This document shows positions 23,275-35,023 of a stretch of DNA of 38,291 nucleotides, one piece after another; the stretch's first letter is position 1, and each line of letters begins with the position of its first letter. The stretch spans positions 124,001-162,291 of the forward strand of contig JADIIX010000044.1 in the NCBI GenBank assembly GCA_027604505.1, given 5' to 3'. Under the pieces are notes generated by a model that had not been told where the DNA came from, did not search any database, and saw only the letters and a program-made list of their open reading frames with translations. The position numbers were made by a program, and so were the translations under genes. Source of the stretch: Gonapodya sp. JEL0774 (lineage: Eukaryota).

Positions 23275-26200
23275 ATGTCAGTAGCCCTTCCGCGACGGGA
23301 TGATGCAAAGCAACCCCTGGTGAGCTCGTTGTGATGGCCTGCTGGACGGTGTAGGTCAATGACACTTCTCCAATTCAGCTGCATGAAAGCGCCCATCGCA
23401 AAGATGCCAAACGAAATCCAACAAGTCAAATCGATGGAGCAGAGGAAGATTCGTGGTCTAATTGGGTCACCGTCGGACTTCTGGTGGCGACAACCGCGTG
23501 TGTTGCGGCGACGATTTGGATTGCATCGGACCTGAAACTTCCCACATACAACTGGGAGTTTATGAAAGAAGCAAGCGGACTTGTACTAGGCTCGGGGGAG
23601 TGTGAGTAGGATGTTGATTACAACGCCAGAAAGGAACAAAGCGCCAGTTCAACGCACTGTTCCTTATTTCATAGTGGCATCTTCCTCGTACTGTAGTGGT
23701 CACGGAATTCAAACAACTACGAATGTTTGTGTTTGTGACCTTGGGTATAGCGGCCATTCCTGTCAAACCGTAGTTGAAATCCGTGAGTGAGCCGCGCTAT
23801 CACGACCACAATGTCATGGCGACTATTCGATGCTGCTCTTACGCATTTGTGTCTCTTTTCCGGAAACAATATCTTCTCCTCAATTTCTAATATTATATCG
23901 CTCACAAGCCTCAATTCACCGACCAGAGGCCGAGTTTCCACTCACTTCCTCCCGACGCAGTATCTGCTTCGTTCTACCCTACTTCGGTGCCCTTAATCCG
24001 TACATTCCAGAGTCTTCTGCTTATGCTGAAATTGTCCGTACCGTATCACGGGGAGTCGGGCAGGAAGGCGGAATGGACGTGACTGTCCTCTACATTGGCC
24101 AGGAGGATAACACGGAGCAAGATGTGTGGAGTAGAGTGATGACTGAATGGCAGCAAATTGGTGTCAAAATTGAAAAGTAAGCGACCAGATTGGAAGAGTG
24201 GGAGGGTTCTTTGATACGACCTTTCTTTTGTCTTCCCCAAGACTCCCTTCCACCGGAATTCAGTTCACCAAGCCGGGGGTTACTTCGGTCTCATACGACG
24301 TTTTTCGCTATCTTCATTCCTTATCGGAACCGTGAGTATCTCTCGCATGCTCGGGAGGAACCACCATACCGTAATCCTCACAATCACGTTCTGCGATGAC
24401 AGTTATTCGGTCGTGCACTTCCTTTCTTCTACAGGGGCGGGATTTTACACAATGAAAGCACAAAAGCAGGGGCTTGTTTGCTTCTCTTCAAAGTTCGTCG
24501 TTCACGTGGACTCCCCCGGGGAACAAACGTTGCGTCGGCTCGCGGCAGCAGGTAGTCCGCCTAGGGATGTGGAAGTAGAAATGCTAAAGGCTGACTTTAT
24601 GGGACAAAAAATGGTGGAGATGGCGGTACGTTACTCAGTCGAAGAGCGATCACCAGGCTACGATAATGACCACGGCATGTGACCGCATAATCCAGGATTC
24701 GGTACTCACGTCTTTCGATGCCACAATATCAGATCTTGCCCAGCAGAAGTGGCAACTTCCGGAATCAATCTACAGTATCCCATTCATACACTCATCGTCT
24801 GGTGGTGGTGACGCCTCTCTTGGATTGCACCGTCGTTCTCTCGCGCCAATTAACGTAGATGAAATAACTTTCGTCGGCTCGCTCTCTGATGTCCATGGAC
24901 TCCAGCGTGTCTGTGACGCAATTGATATTCTTGATAACTCACTTGGTGATGTCCAATCCTTCCCTCGAATCACATTTCTGGGTCAGATCGGCAAGTTTGG
25001 GGAGATGCCTGCGGACGAGTACATTGAGTCTCGATCGCTCTCTTGGAACAACATTGATTGGGATGTAATAAGTGGCCCGCGAGCCGTCTCCGATATTGTC
25101 TCTTACCTCTCCGACGCCAAGGATGGTTCTGGGCCGCACCGTCTGGCAGTCCTCGCAAACCCATACGACCATTCTGGATTTTTTTACGCTGAGCTTGTTC
25201 GTGCGGGCGTGCCTGTGGTCGCTACTCGCCTACCTGCATATGAAGCAACTCTGGACCCCGAACTGCATTCGGACATGTTATTTGCGTCAGAGACGACTGA
25301 TTTGGTCCGCATTGTAAGAGAAAGTATTACAAGGGGCGCACTCACCCCAATCGCGAGGATTCCATTGATGGATGCTGTTGATACCAGCAATGCGTGGTTC
25401 GATATGTTCATGCGTAATGCCGCCGCGCCAGTGACATGTGACTCGAGCTCAGTCGTGCTTAGTGCTGATGCACAAAACACCGATTTCGATGATGCGGACA
25501 TGGATGGCCCTCTGATCTCGATTGTTTTGGTTCATCGAAATCGTCATCAGCTTTTAGAGCAAGCAATCAAGTCTATTGAAGACCAAACCTTCAATAATTA
25601 TGAAGTCGTTCTTGTCGACGACGGATCTGATGACCCAGATACTCTACAGTACCTGCAAGATCTTGCGTGGAAGTGGTGGGAGGAGCGTGGGTGGCGCGTT
25701 CTCCGGGAACCTAACCGCTACCTTGGAGCAGCCAGAAATACTGGAGTAAAGTACGCAAAGGGCAAATACATTCTTTTCATGGACGATGATGACTACGCCA
25801 AGCCACATCAGCTGGCAACTCTCGCCCGGGTCGTTGCGAACACAAAGCCTGACATTGTCACGGCAGGTCACGACCTCTTCGAAGGATACAGTTCTCCACC
25901 TGGCCAAGGACTTGCTCAGGGCCGCTATCTCCCTCTTGGATCTGCAACTACGGTTGGCCTTCTTGAGAATGTGTTCGGCGACTCCAACATGCTCGTTGAG
26001 CGTAACTTTTTCATCGACACTGGTGGATTTTCTGAGACATTCGGAGTCGGTTTCGAGGATTACGAATTTTTCGCAAAAGCGGTCTTGCGCGGTGCCAACC
26101 TCGAAGCTCTCCCTGAGTCACTTCACTGGTATCGTCGCCATCCGAAAGCGATGTCTTACAACACTGACCTGAAAGCTGGTCAAGTGAGATATCTGAAACC

Positions 26201-29200
26201 TTACCTCGAAGCTGAGAGAAATGTCGATCTCTCAACTCGAGAGGTTATAGGGCTGGCGAAGAGACGTTTCTTCGAGTCTTTCCCCGGCATGATGTATGTG
26301 CTGTTAAATGTCACTGGTCCGAACCCTCCAGGCCCGGAGCCTTTCTGCCCCAACGCAAACAATGGCAGTCGATCTTGTTCTGAGGATCGATGCTGCTCCA
26401 AATCTTTCATCTCAAAGAACACCACTTACTGTGACTTCCTCTGCAGTGAGTTTGGAGAATTCTGCGAGGCCAAAAAGTATCCTCTTTTTGATCTGTTCCT
26501 CCGTGTTCTCTTGCGATAAACAGGCTGCTTCCAGCTCGTATCCTTGGATAAAACTGTCTTCCCCGTCGGAATCGGACAAACGCTCCGAGCAACGGTCAAA
26601 AATCTAGATATATTCAGCACCCCAGGGGACGTCAACCTTTTGAAGTGCAAATTCAGCTTTCCTGCCACAAATTTCGTCAATCGCACTTCGGCCGTCATTG
26701 TTAGCTCAAACACGCTCTTGTGTCCCGTTCCTGTTTCCCTGCCTTACTATGCTCCTGGCGTTTATGGTTGGCAATTTTCGATCGAATACCCGACTGATGA
26801 TCGCATCGTTACAGTTCAGGCGACAGCACCAATGTCGATAAACCCTTACCCAGGTTCTTTGAACATTTCTGCGGGAAACACGATATCAAAGATACGCCCG
26901 GTAACACCTGATGTTCAGGGTTCATTTTTCATCGGAGGGACTTGCAGTATACCGCTCACCTTTACAGCAATGGATTACAGTCGCTTCGCCAATGGCACGA
27001 ATTACCCAGCGTACTGTGTCATCAACAACACGGTTGGGGGCGGTATGCCAATGTACAGTCCTGCTGTACCGGTTAATGGTACCTTCGGAGCATACACATG
27101 TTCGATCAATTGCTCATCCTCCACTCAATACCGGCTACAAATGACTCTAGATTATAATGTCACCGCAAACACATTCAGCAATCTCCTAGCTGGTAGTGTC
27201 GTTGTCAATATTTATGATTCGGCACCCACAGTGCTGTCAGCGGTCCTCTCCAACTCGGGTGCATCCATCACATTCAGCTTCAGCAAACCCATCCGGATCA
27301 GCGGCTACCCAACCCTTCCTACGAGCCTTACAGGATCACAAATATTTGATTCTTCGATGAAGGTTTTGTTTTGTGGAGACCAGGGTACCTTAAGCGACCT
27401 GGTAGTTCGAGTGTTGAACAGCGTAACCCTGGTGGTTGATTTACCATTTTCAAACACTCTGAGCTTCTCTGGGGATTTACCCCAAGTGGTATTCAAGCCG
27501 CTCAGCATCTTCTCTGCGATCAGCAATTTCGATGATTACTTTGGTGTGTCCGCGTCAGCAAGCGTTTCCCTTCCGCCATCACCTCCTGTCCCAGTGGCAG
27601 TAATTAGTGGGCCAGATGCTGTTTCGTATTGTGACTCACTTACTCTCACTGGTCTCAATTCCTATAATCTGGCTGGTCGGCCTGGTACCTATACTTGGAG
27701 CGTTCTTCCTTCCCACGGAGACGTTGTAGCATCTTTATCGTCGACTGCCACAATCACACTGAGCAAGGACATTTTATCGGCACACAAAGGGCAAACCTAC
27801 ACTTTTAGTATCACAGTCAAAAATTGGCTGCAGGGATCTTCTACTGCCACGAAAATTGTGAAGATTAGCGACAAAGGTATTCCGAGTGTCCGGGTGATTG
27901 GAGGGGCCGTGCAGAACATCACAAGTGGGGACGTTTTGACCCTCAAAGCGACTGCTACTTTGTCCATGTGTCAAACCAACTCCAGCAGTGCCCTTGTGTT
28001 CGAGTGGTCGTACAGCCCTTCGTCAGCATCCTTCGATCAAGCATTTGCCACAATGAAGAACAATCCATTCATTGTGGTTCCCTTCTCAAGTCTCTCACCT
28101 ACGCAAATTTACACTTTTTCCGTGTTGGTGTATCCAACCGGGCAACCCGATGCCTCTGCAACAACTGCGGTCACAGTTCGGCCCGTGTTAGGTCCAGTTG
28201 TTGTCTCACTCGGAGCCAGAGCGCGAACAATTTCGGCATCAACAGCGGCAACATTCTATGCTACATATCAAGATTTATCGGCGTTGAGCCTTTCAAGTCG
28301 TGTGATTACGTGGACTGCGTCTTTGGTTGGAGCGGGAACTCTGTTCCCTCTTGACCAGCCAGCGCAAAGTGGAACGGCACTAACGATCAAGGGAGGCACT
28401 TTTACCGCAGGAACTACTATAGTCCTGTCGGTTCTGGCCGATGCCAAGGACGGCACAGGCAGATCCGCGAGTGCGTCGACAACTCTTACTGTGGTTGCCG
28501 AAAAGGTCGTTAGCGCTTACAGCTTCGTTACTGCGCCATCCTACGGAGCCACTACGATATTGCAGTCAAACTCGCTCCAAGTACGCGCTTTTGTGGATCC
28601 TGCATCCATCGTGATCGGTACCCCCGTCTCTTACAGTTGGAGCTCAATTGCAGGCACTGCATCTGACAACGCCACGCCTCTAACGGTACTCACTTTGAGC
28701 AACTCAACAATCACGGATGGCGTTACATCGGTAGCGAGATTAAACGTCGCGCCTGGAGTCCTAGTTCCTGGGGGATACTACAGGTTCCAGTGCACGGTCT
28801 CTCAAGTTGGCTCTTCAAGCACAACCACCTCTGTCGAAGTTAAGGTGGCAGGTCTTCCGACGAGCGGTACTTTGTCACTGACTCCCAGCACAGGCATTAA
28901 GGCCTTGAAAACGATCGTAACTTTATCAGCTCCATACTGGACTGTGATTTCTTCAGAGCAACCATTACTCTACAAGTTCAATATTTACGTTCCGCATACG
29001 TCATATGGAACCCCCAATGTCCTTCCCGCTGTACAGATTTCCACTGACAAAGACAGCTCTGTGGACACAATACTTCCGATTTCGTCTACTTCCAACGTTC
29101 TCATTGAACTCATTGTCAAGTCGTCCATAACGCAAGCATCGACCACAACCACAATGGTTGTATCAGTTGTCAGTGACCTTGCTGACTGGACCGAGTTCAG

Positions 29201-31034
29201 TAGTCTCAACGACGCGGCTGTCGCTGCCGCTCAGAAGGCAGGGAGCGGGATGAATCGCGTCATTCAAATCTTTGCTACCTCAATGAAAGAATGGAAACCG
29301 TCAGTCTCTCTGCCACCATCTATTGCGCAAGCAATTGTAGCGAACACTTTGAATAATGTGTTCGCCAGCAATGTGGTGAGCCCTGATCTGTCCGCTGAAA
29401 GAATTGCAACAATAAGCGCCTTGGTAGACTGCGTCACATTGACCTCGGACCAAGGATCGCAGATTGGTTCCTTTTTGGCGAATGATATTGCGCGCTTGGA
29501 GTCTCAGCAAACGTCCAACCCAAGCTTCTCGATATCTGACAGTGATCTCAAATCGTACTACAAGGCCTTCTCTGGCGTGCTGACTTCCTACACTAATACG
29601 ACAACCAGCGCTAACCAATCGGAAACACTTATTTCTGGAATCCAGGCTGCCCAGCGGCTCAACCTACGATCCATGGCTTGTGGTCAACAAGGAAAGTCTG
29701 CCGCGTTCGGTGATCTTTCGACTTCCATCGGTAAATCAGATCTTTCCTCGAGTGGAACCGTTGACAGCGGAAATGGAACCAGTTTCGGTTTTGGTTCCGG
29801 TCTATCGCTTTCTGTCGGAGACCATAGCGTAAATTGTTTCTGCACACAAGCCCTAAATTCACCCCCGTATCAATTCAACTATGTCGGTGGTATGGCATCG
29901 TAAGTGGATGCTTTGGGTGATCCTACCTGTAGTCGCAGTATTTTGCTCACTAGCTTTTCTCGTTTCAATTCCGAAAAGAAATCAATCGGTGGCCTCCAAG
30001 GTCACAACATTTACAATGGGAGATTGCTCAGAAGGGCCTTCTTTTTCAAATGGTCGTCTGAATCCCAATGGTAGTTTGGAGATCAACTCGACTTCAAACC
30101 AAATTACATTCTCCCTCCCCCTGTCTTCTTCGGTCACCAAGGGATTCAACCCCAGAAATCAATCTTGTAAGTGAAACCCCTGACGGTGTTAGCCTTGTCA
30201 CGCACTAACCCTCAAACTCGATCGCATGCGAAGTCCGTTGTCAGTTTGTCGACCCCGTCACTCGGCTCTTCTCAACTTCCGGAGTCGAGACTCTCAGTTT
30301 TGACAACACAACAGGAATACTTTATTGTAAAACTACCCATTTGACATCGTTCAATGGCGCAGTTGGCCCAACCACTCCAGAATATCCACAAACACCAAGT
30401 GAGAGCTCCACAAACGTTGGAGCGATTGTAGGAGGTGTGATCGGCGGAGCAGCGTTGGTCGGAATTGCCGCAGGAAGCGTTTACTTTGTACAAAAGAAGA
30501 GGAAGGAGAAGGATTCGAAGCAAAAGATGTGAGTCTGGATTTAGATGGATCAGAACTGGTCTGACGCGTTGCGCAACAAACTCTGTCCATGCTTCTAGTC
30601 CTGCGCCGCAATCGACGACGTCAAAGCCCCCCGAGATGCATCAGAAGCCTCTGGATGAGATGAAGAATGCTGCTAAACCTGATTCCGCGGGGCCAGCGGA
30701 CACTATTCCAGTTCGCGCGCCGCCGACTCTTGATGCTAAGGTCCACACACCGACCAGCGAAAATGTGAACTCTGATCCTCCAACATCGTCAAGCAAACCA
30801 GTAGAGCGAGCGTCCCAATTGTCCGCACCACCCGAAGTCCCTCCGGAGGTCGATACAACGACCTCGGTGGCCGAGCCAGTTGCGTCAGTTCCTGTGGCGG
30901 CATTCACCTACACACCACGATTTAGAGAGAGGGAGGAGATTCCTGGCCTTCCTCTCATCCGCTTCGGTCCTCTCTACGAGCTTCCTTTAGAATACGCAGA
31001 TGCCATGAAAATGTTGGGGTTGCGCACCGGTTAG
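23275..31034 (+). CDS. ~2338 aa two-TM fusion protein: signal-anchor TM, EGF, GT4-like (GT-B), GT2 (GT-A), Cys-rich linker, REJ/PKD-like, GAIN/GPS, TM, Pro/Ser-rich tail
   Basis: Exons 23275-23319, 23379-23601, 23675-23782, 23909-24176, 24242-24331, 24403-24625, 24696-26445, 26524-29889, 29954-30166, 30234-30528, 30599-31034 total 7017 nt. All junctions are GT-AG and phase-consistent. Confidence 0.85.
23692..23763 (+). other. EGF-like module
   Basis: CSGHGIQTTTNVCVCDLGYSGHSC. Confidence 0.75.
25506..26160 (+). other. GT2 (GT-A fold) glycosyltransferase domain
   Basis: PLISIVLVHRNR..LLEQAIKSIEDQTFNNYEVVLVDDGSDD, YLGAARNTG, YILFMDDDD (DxD), GGFSE, FEDYEFF, WYRRH. Confidence 0.92.
27580..29180 (+). 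other. REJ/PKD-like beta-sandwich repeats
   Basis: PVAVISGPDAVSYCDSLTLTGLNSY..YTWSV, LTLKATATLSMC..LVFEWS, YSWS..LNVAPGVLVPGGYYRFQCTV, PTSGTLSLTPSTGIKALKT..APYW..PLLYKF. These are typical of polycystin/REJ modules. Confidence 0.75.
30236..30352 (+). other. GPS autoproteolysis motif
   Basis: RCQFVDPVTRLFSTSGVET...ILYCKTTHL/TSF. The HL|T triad is at 30338-30346, about 25 aa before the TM helix VGAIVGGVIGGAALVGIAAGSVYFV followed by KKRK. Confidence 0.85.
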
Positions 31035-31151
31035 CAAAACCTAACTGTTGTTGAACATGTGGACTACGCACTGTACATTATACTCGAGTGTCTGGTTTAA
31101 ACTGCAATAGAGATTATATAACTTGTTTGCGGTACACTCCTCTGCTCTCGT

Positions 31152-34100
31152 TCACCTCCGTCTTTCGAACGCATAAATTGCCACGATCTGCACAATCATC
31201 CAAATAACCGAAAATGACGCTATGATCAGCAGGAGACGTCGCTTTGTTGTGTTGCTCCATCCGAAAATTTCTCGATGTGTTGTCTGTCTTTGATTGGTAT
31301 CGGAGGGTTGGAGGCTGCTATGGCGGGCGTAATAGTGCCTTATGTTCGAATGAGGTAATGGATGGGTGACATTGGGGGAAGTTTGGTTGGGCACAGGATC
31401 AGCAGCACCACTGAGTAGTCGCCGGGGGCGGTACGAGAGACCCAAGACGATGAACGGAAGTACATATCCGAGCATCGTTGCGCTCGTGGCGCCAACAAAA
31501 GCGAATATCTATAAATGGAAACAAGAAATTGTAAATACTATTCGGCTTTGCGATGGAACTGCTTACTTCATCTAGGTTTAAAACAAACGTGGCAATCGTA
31601 GCGGAAGCCAAAATGAGAGAAACGGTTAAGAGAAAGTGTGGGATCTGTTTGATAAAGGTCACAAAAGGTGGGCAACAGTGGTGTGGTGAAAATGCAACTT
31701 ACAGTTCCCCACTGCTCTCCGTACCATTCAAAGTTCCCATCCAGTGGTACACCTCTTACTATGGCACTATTGATACTGTCCGAATCTGATCCCATTATAC
31801 TAGACCTCCTGCCGTCATCCGAAACAGTGGTGTCACTACTGGTTCGACGCACGGAAACATTGTCTGCATGTCTTTCATTGATGGAGCCATATCCGTACGC
31901 GAGAGACATGAAAAGAACATGGAGACGGCGACGAAGACGCGTTAGGAGTGAAGCAAGTGCCGAACGACAAGATTGAAATTGGACAGCGTAAGATGCCATA
32001 AGAGATATGGAGAACGCCACACGGGCGATAACAGCGGTGACTGATGTGATAGGATCTGAGAATGGCACGGTGTGGCACAGAATTAAGAAGCTGACAACGA
32101 GCCACTACCTCTCGAAACCTACAATTGTTCAGCAAGTTCCCAGCGACTTTGTCCTTCCATGTCAGCCACCCAAACCATCCGATAAACATGTAAACAACCG
32201 CACTGAGGGCTAAGGAGATATCGATGACGATCCCCATCCGCTTAAAGTTATGATCTTGAAGCTCGTTGTAAACGGTGTAAATCTAGGGGACAAAAAGAAG
32301 AGGAAACGTCGTAACGGTTGTGCTATACGGGTAAATCATCGAAAACTGACATTTTGGTGGCAACTGAGATAGGAGAATCGAGGTGAAGTCGGTCGTCTTT
32401 TCTGGCATTTCGCACATTCTGCTCACCTCATCAAGCTCACCAATAATGAAATGGCATATATCCCCTTCACCGCAAACTCCCCCACATCTTTGAAAAGGTC
32501 AACTCCACTTGATGCTCCATCCACGTCCAGACTTACTTTCACGGGTGCCGTGTGATCCCCGTGAACACGCCACCACATGACGACCATAAACACGACGTAA
32601 ATAACAGCAAGGTCACCGAGTACAGATGAAAAACGAAGAGAGTAGAGATGGCGTGGGAGTGAGAGCGGGATGAGAAGAACAGTGCACACTGTGTGCAACA
32701 TATGAACACTAGTAAATGCCTGTCAATGAATCGAGTGACCTAATTGCGCACTGTACCTCCAATCCACACTGATCGGTCGGTGGCCCAATTCTTGAGAGTC
32801 GAAGAAAGTTCTGCAGCTTCCGCGACCCGGGATAGGGAGTCGGACACTGCGACGAGGTAGCTGCATAACATCAAGCACCAAAACACAACGGGGTCGTGCG
32901 TAAGCTATAATTTGAGAGGCAGTTTTGCGGGGCATGCGCGCCAACCCACCCCGAGCAAGATCCGAGAGTCAAGACACAAACCACAATATCAACCCCATCC
33001 ATCTCAGCTCCTCCGGGCCATCCTTCACCTCCATAATATTGCCATCTTGTACCACCCACGGCGGCTCTAGCAACACCAGCCCAATTAACTGCTCCTGTGT
33101 CGCCCACTAACCGACGAGAGGCTCGCACTGAAGATTTGAGGGTTGCGGATGTGAGTAGAGCAAAGAAGAGGACAACGCAGCTCGCAACTTTGGGAGTGAG
33201 AAGCTGAAAAGCGAGGGGGACTGTCAAAAGTGGTGCCGCTGTTAAGGATTTGGTGAGAATAAGAACAGAAGAAAGCACTTCGGTAACAGTTTGAGAAAGA
33301 AAAGGGCGATTAGATAGAGTATAAGGGCATTTGTGACTCCTTCTACTGCCTCCTGCTCTCTCAACCGGGGCCGAACCGAAGCTCACCAGAAGCGCCTGCC
33401 GGCCTCCCAACAATCACCACGTCATCCTCTTCCTGCTCTTCGACTTCGACCTGTCCCTCTTCTTCATCATCCTCCACGCTGTCTCTTTGGATTCGGGATG
33501 ATCTGTTGCGGCGATGCCGTTGACGGGAAGGAATAGCTTTGGTTCCGTATGACGGACGCGCGGGAATCTGGGGGGTCATCTCCCCGGATGAGGAGCTAGA
33601 ATAGACAAAATGAGCAGTTTAGAAAATATGTTGAAATGAGCAGTTTCGAATATATGCAGAGATGTTCCAACAGGAAAACAGCCGAAGGAATACGCTCACC
33701 CAGTGGCCGCATCATCCCCACCGCCGTCCTCCCATTCAACGTTTCCGTGGTCAAGTCCATTTATTTGGGCGATGTCAGCATCTCTACTTTGCTCACTGAC
33801 ATCACTGTTACCGGGCTCTCTAGTGTCGCCGAATACAGTGTTGGAGATGGAGGACAGAGCCGACACTGGGTTGGTGGTCAGTATTCCTGCGCCGCTGCCC
33901 GAAGTGCTCGCCTCGGATACCTTCCGCGAGGTACGCTTCAAAGATCCAACAAACCGGTCTTTGCTGAGACTTGGGGCCGACCCTTCGGGCGGGATGGAAC
34001 TGTCTGATACAGCAGAGAGGCGGGAAACTGGTGAACCAGAATCACAATATTCGCCATCATCGCCTGAGTTATAGGGTATGCTTTCTCGGGAGGAGTTAGG

Positions 34101-34811
34101 TGTCAATCTGGGAGATCCGTGTGGTCCAGAAACACGACGATTGTGGTTGGATGGCGCACCGGACGGCGCTAGACTGTAACGGCGCCGCGTAGCAGCAGAT
34201 GGTTCATCCGAACCACGATCTTCATGAGAAAGCGCGGATGCAGTGAGCGTACCGTCGAGGAGAAGGGTCGATGTAGACGTGGCGGACTGAGGTTGGGCAG
34301 TGGTCCCGCGTTTCCCGGCAGCGAATGGCAGCTCTGGCGGATCTCCCCGATGTCTCTCGCGAGCTGGGTTGAGTTGGCGCTCACCCTCCTCATTTTCAAA
34401 TTGCACGGGGTAACCAGAAGCATCCACAAATGTCTCTTGGGGTGGAATATAAAGTAAAGTGGTATTCGCGTCCGAGTAGCCTGCGAGAATACGAGTAGCA
34501 AAGGACTCTGGTACGGCACAGCCACTTTGCGGCGGGGATGACTGAACAGAGTCGGTCGGTGGAAGAGACGACTGCCAGTTCGCAGAGGACCGCCGGCGGA
34601 AGCGACCCAACAGTGAACCAGGCCACCTGCCCCGTCCATCCTCACCCGTGTCAAATTCCTCGCCAGCAAAGGACGCAAACGAAGAGCCCGAGTTCACCGA
34701 TGCACGCACAGGGAGTGGAACACGAAGGGTTGGACTGGAGAAGCGGTTTTCATTGTCATCCTCAAGTCTTCTGTGTTGCTGCCCGACAGCGGACGATGCT
34801 GTCGCAGACAT
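31152..34811 (-). CDS. amino acid/auxin permease family transporter (Aa_trans; SLC38/AVT-like) with a long disordered N-terminus, multi-exon
   Basis: Exons encode SSVLILTKSLTAAPLLTVPLAF, LLIPLSLPRHLYSLRFSSVLG, CHQN..IYTVYNEL, VYMFIGWFGWLTWKDKVAGNLLNN, IARVAFSISLMASYAVQFQSCR and IFAFVGATSATMLGYVLP, with multiple hydrophobic helices. Confidence 0.88.
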
Positions 34812-35023
34812 CGCCCTGGCGAAGCAGCTGGGTGGTTTCCGGAAGGAAGAGAATTCTGAAAGGTTTTATATTTAAGAAAAGTTGTCCGATCACCACGATC
34901 GAAGATCCCCCCCCGAACAAGTGCAAACGCTTTTGTGAAGATATGATACATCTGACTAGAATTTTTGAACACTTGTTCCACGAATGGGTGTTGCGCTACG
35001 ATTTTACCCGATTTTGGATCATT

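Noticed and set aside
24666..29903. Treating ORFs 24666-26519 and 26544-29903 as two genes
   Set aside because: They share a frame, the single separating stop lies inside a canonical intron, and the second ORF starts at TTG with no signal peptide.
15621..31034. GH26 and GT genes as a glycan biosynthesis cluster
   Set aside because: They are separated by an unrelated gene, and no sugar-nucleotide enzymes or sugar transporters are present. Proximity alone is weak evidence in a eukaryote.
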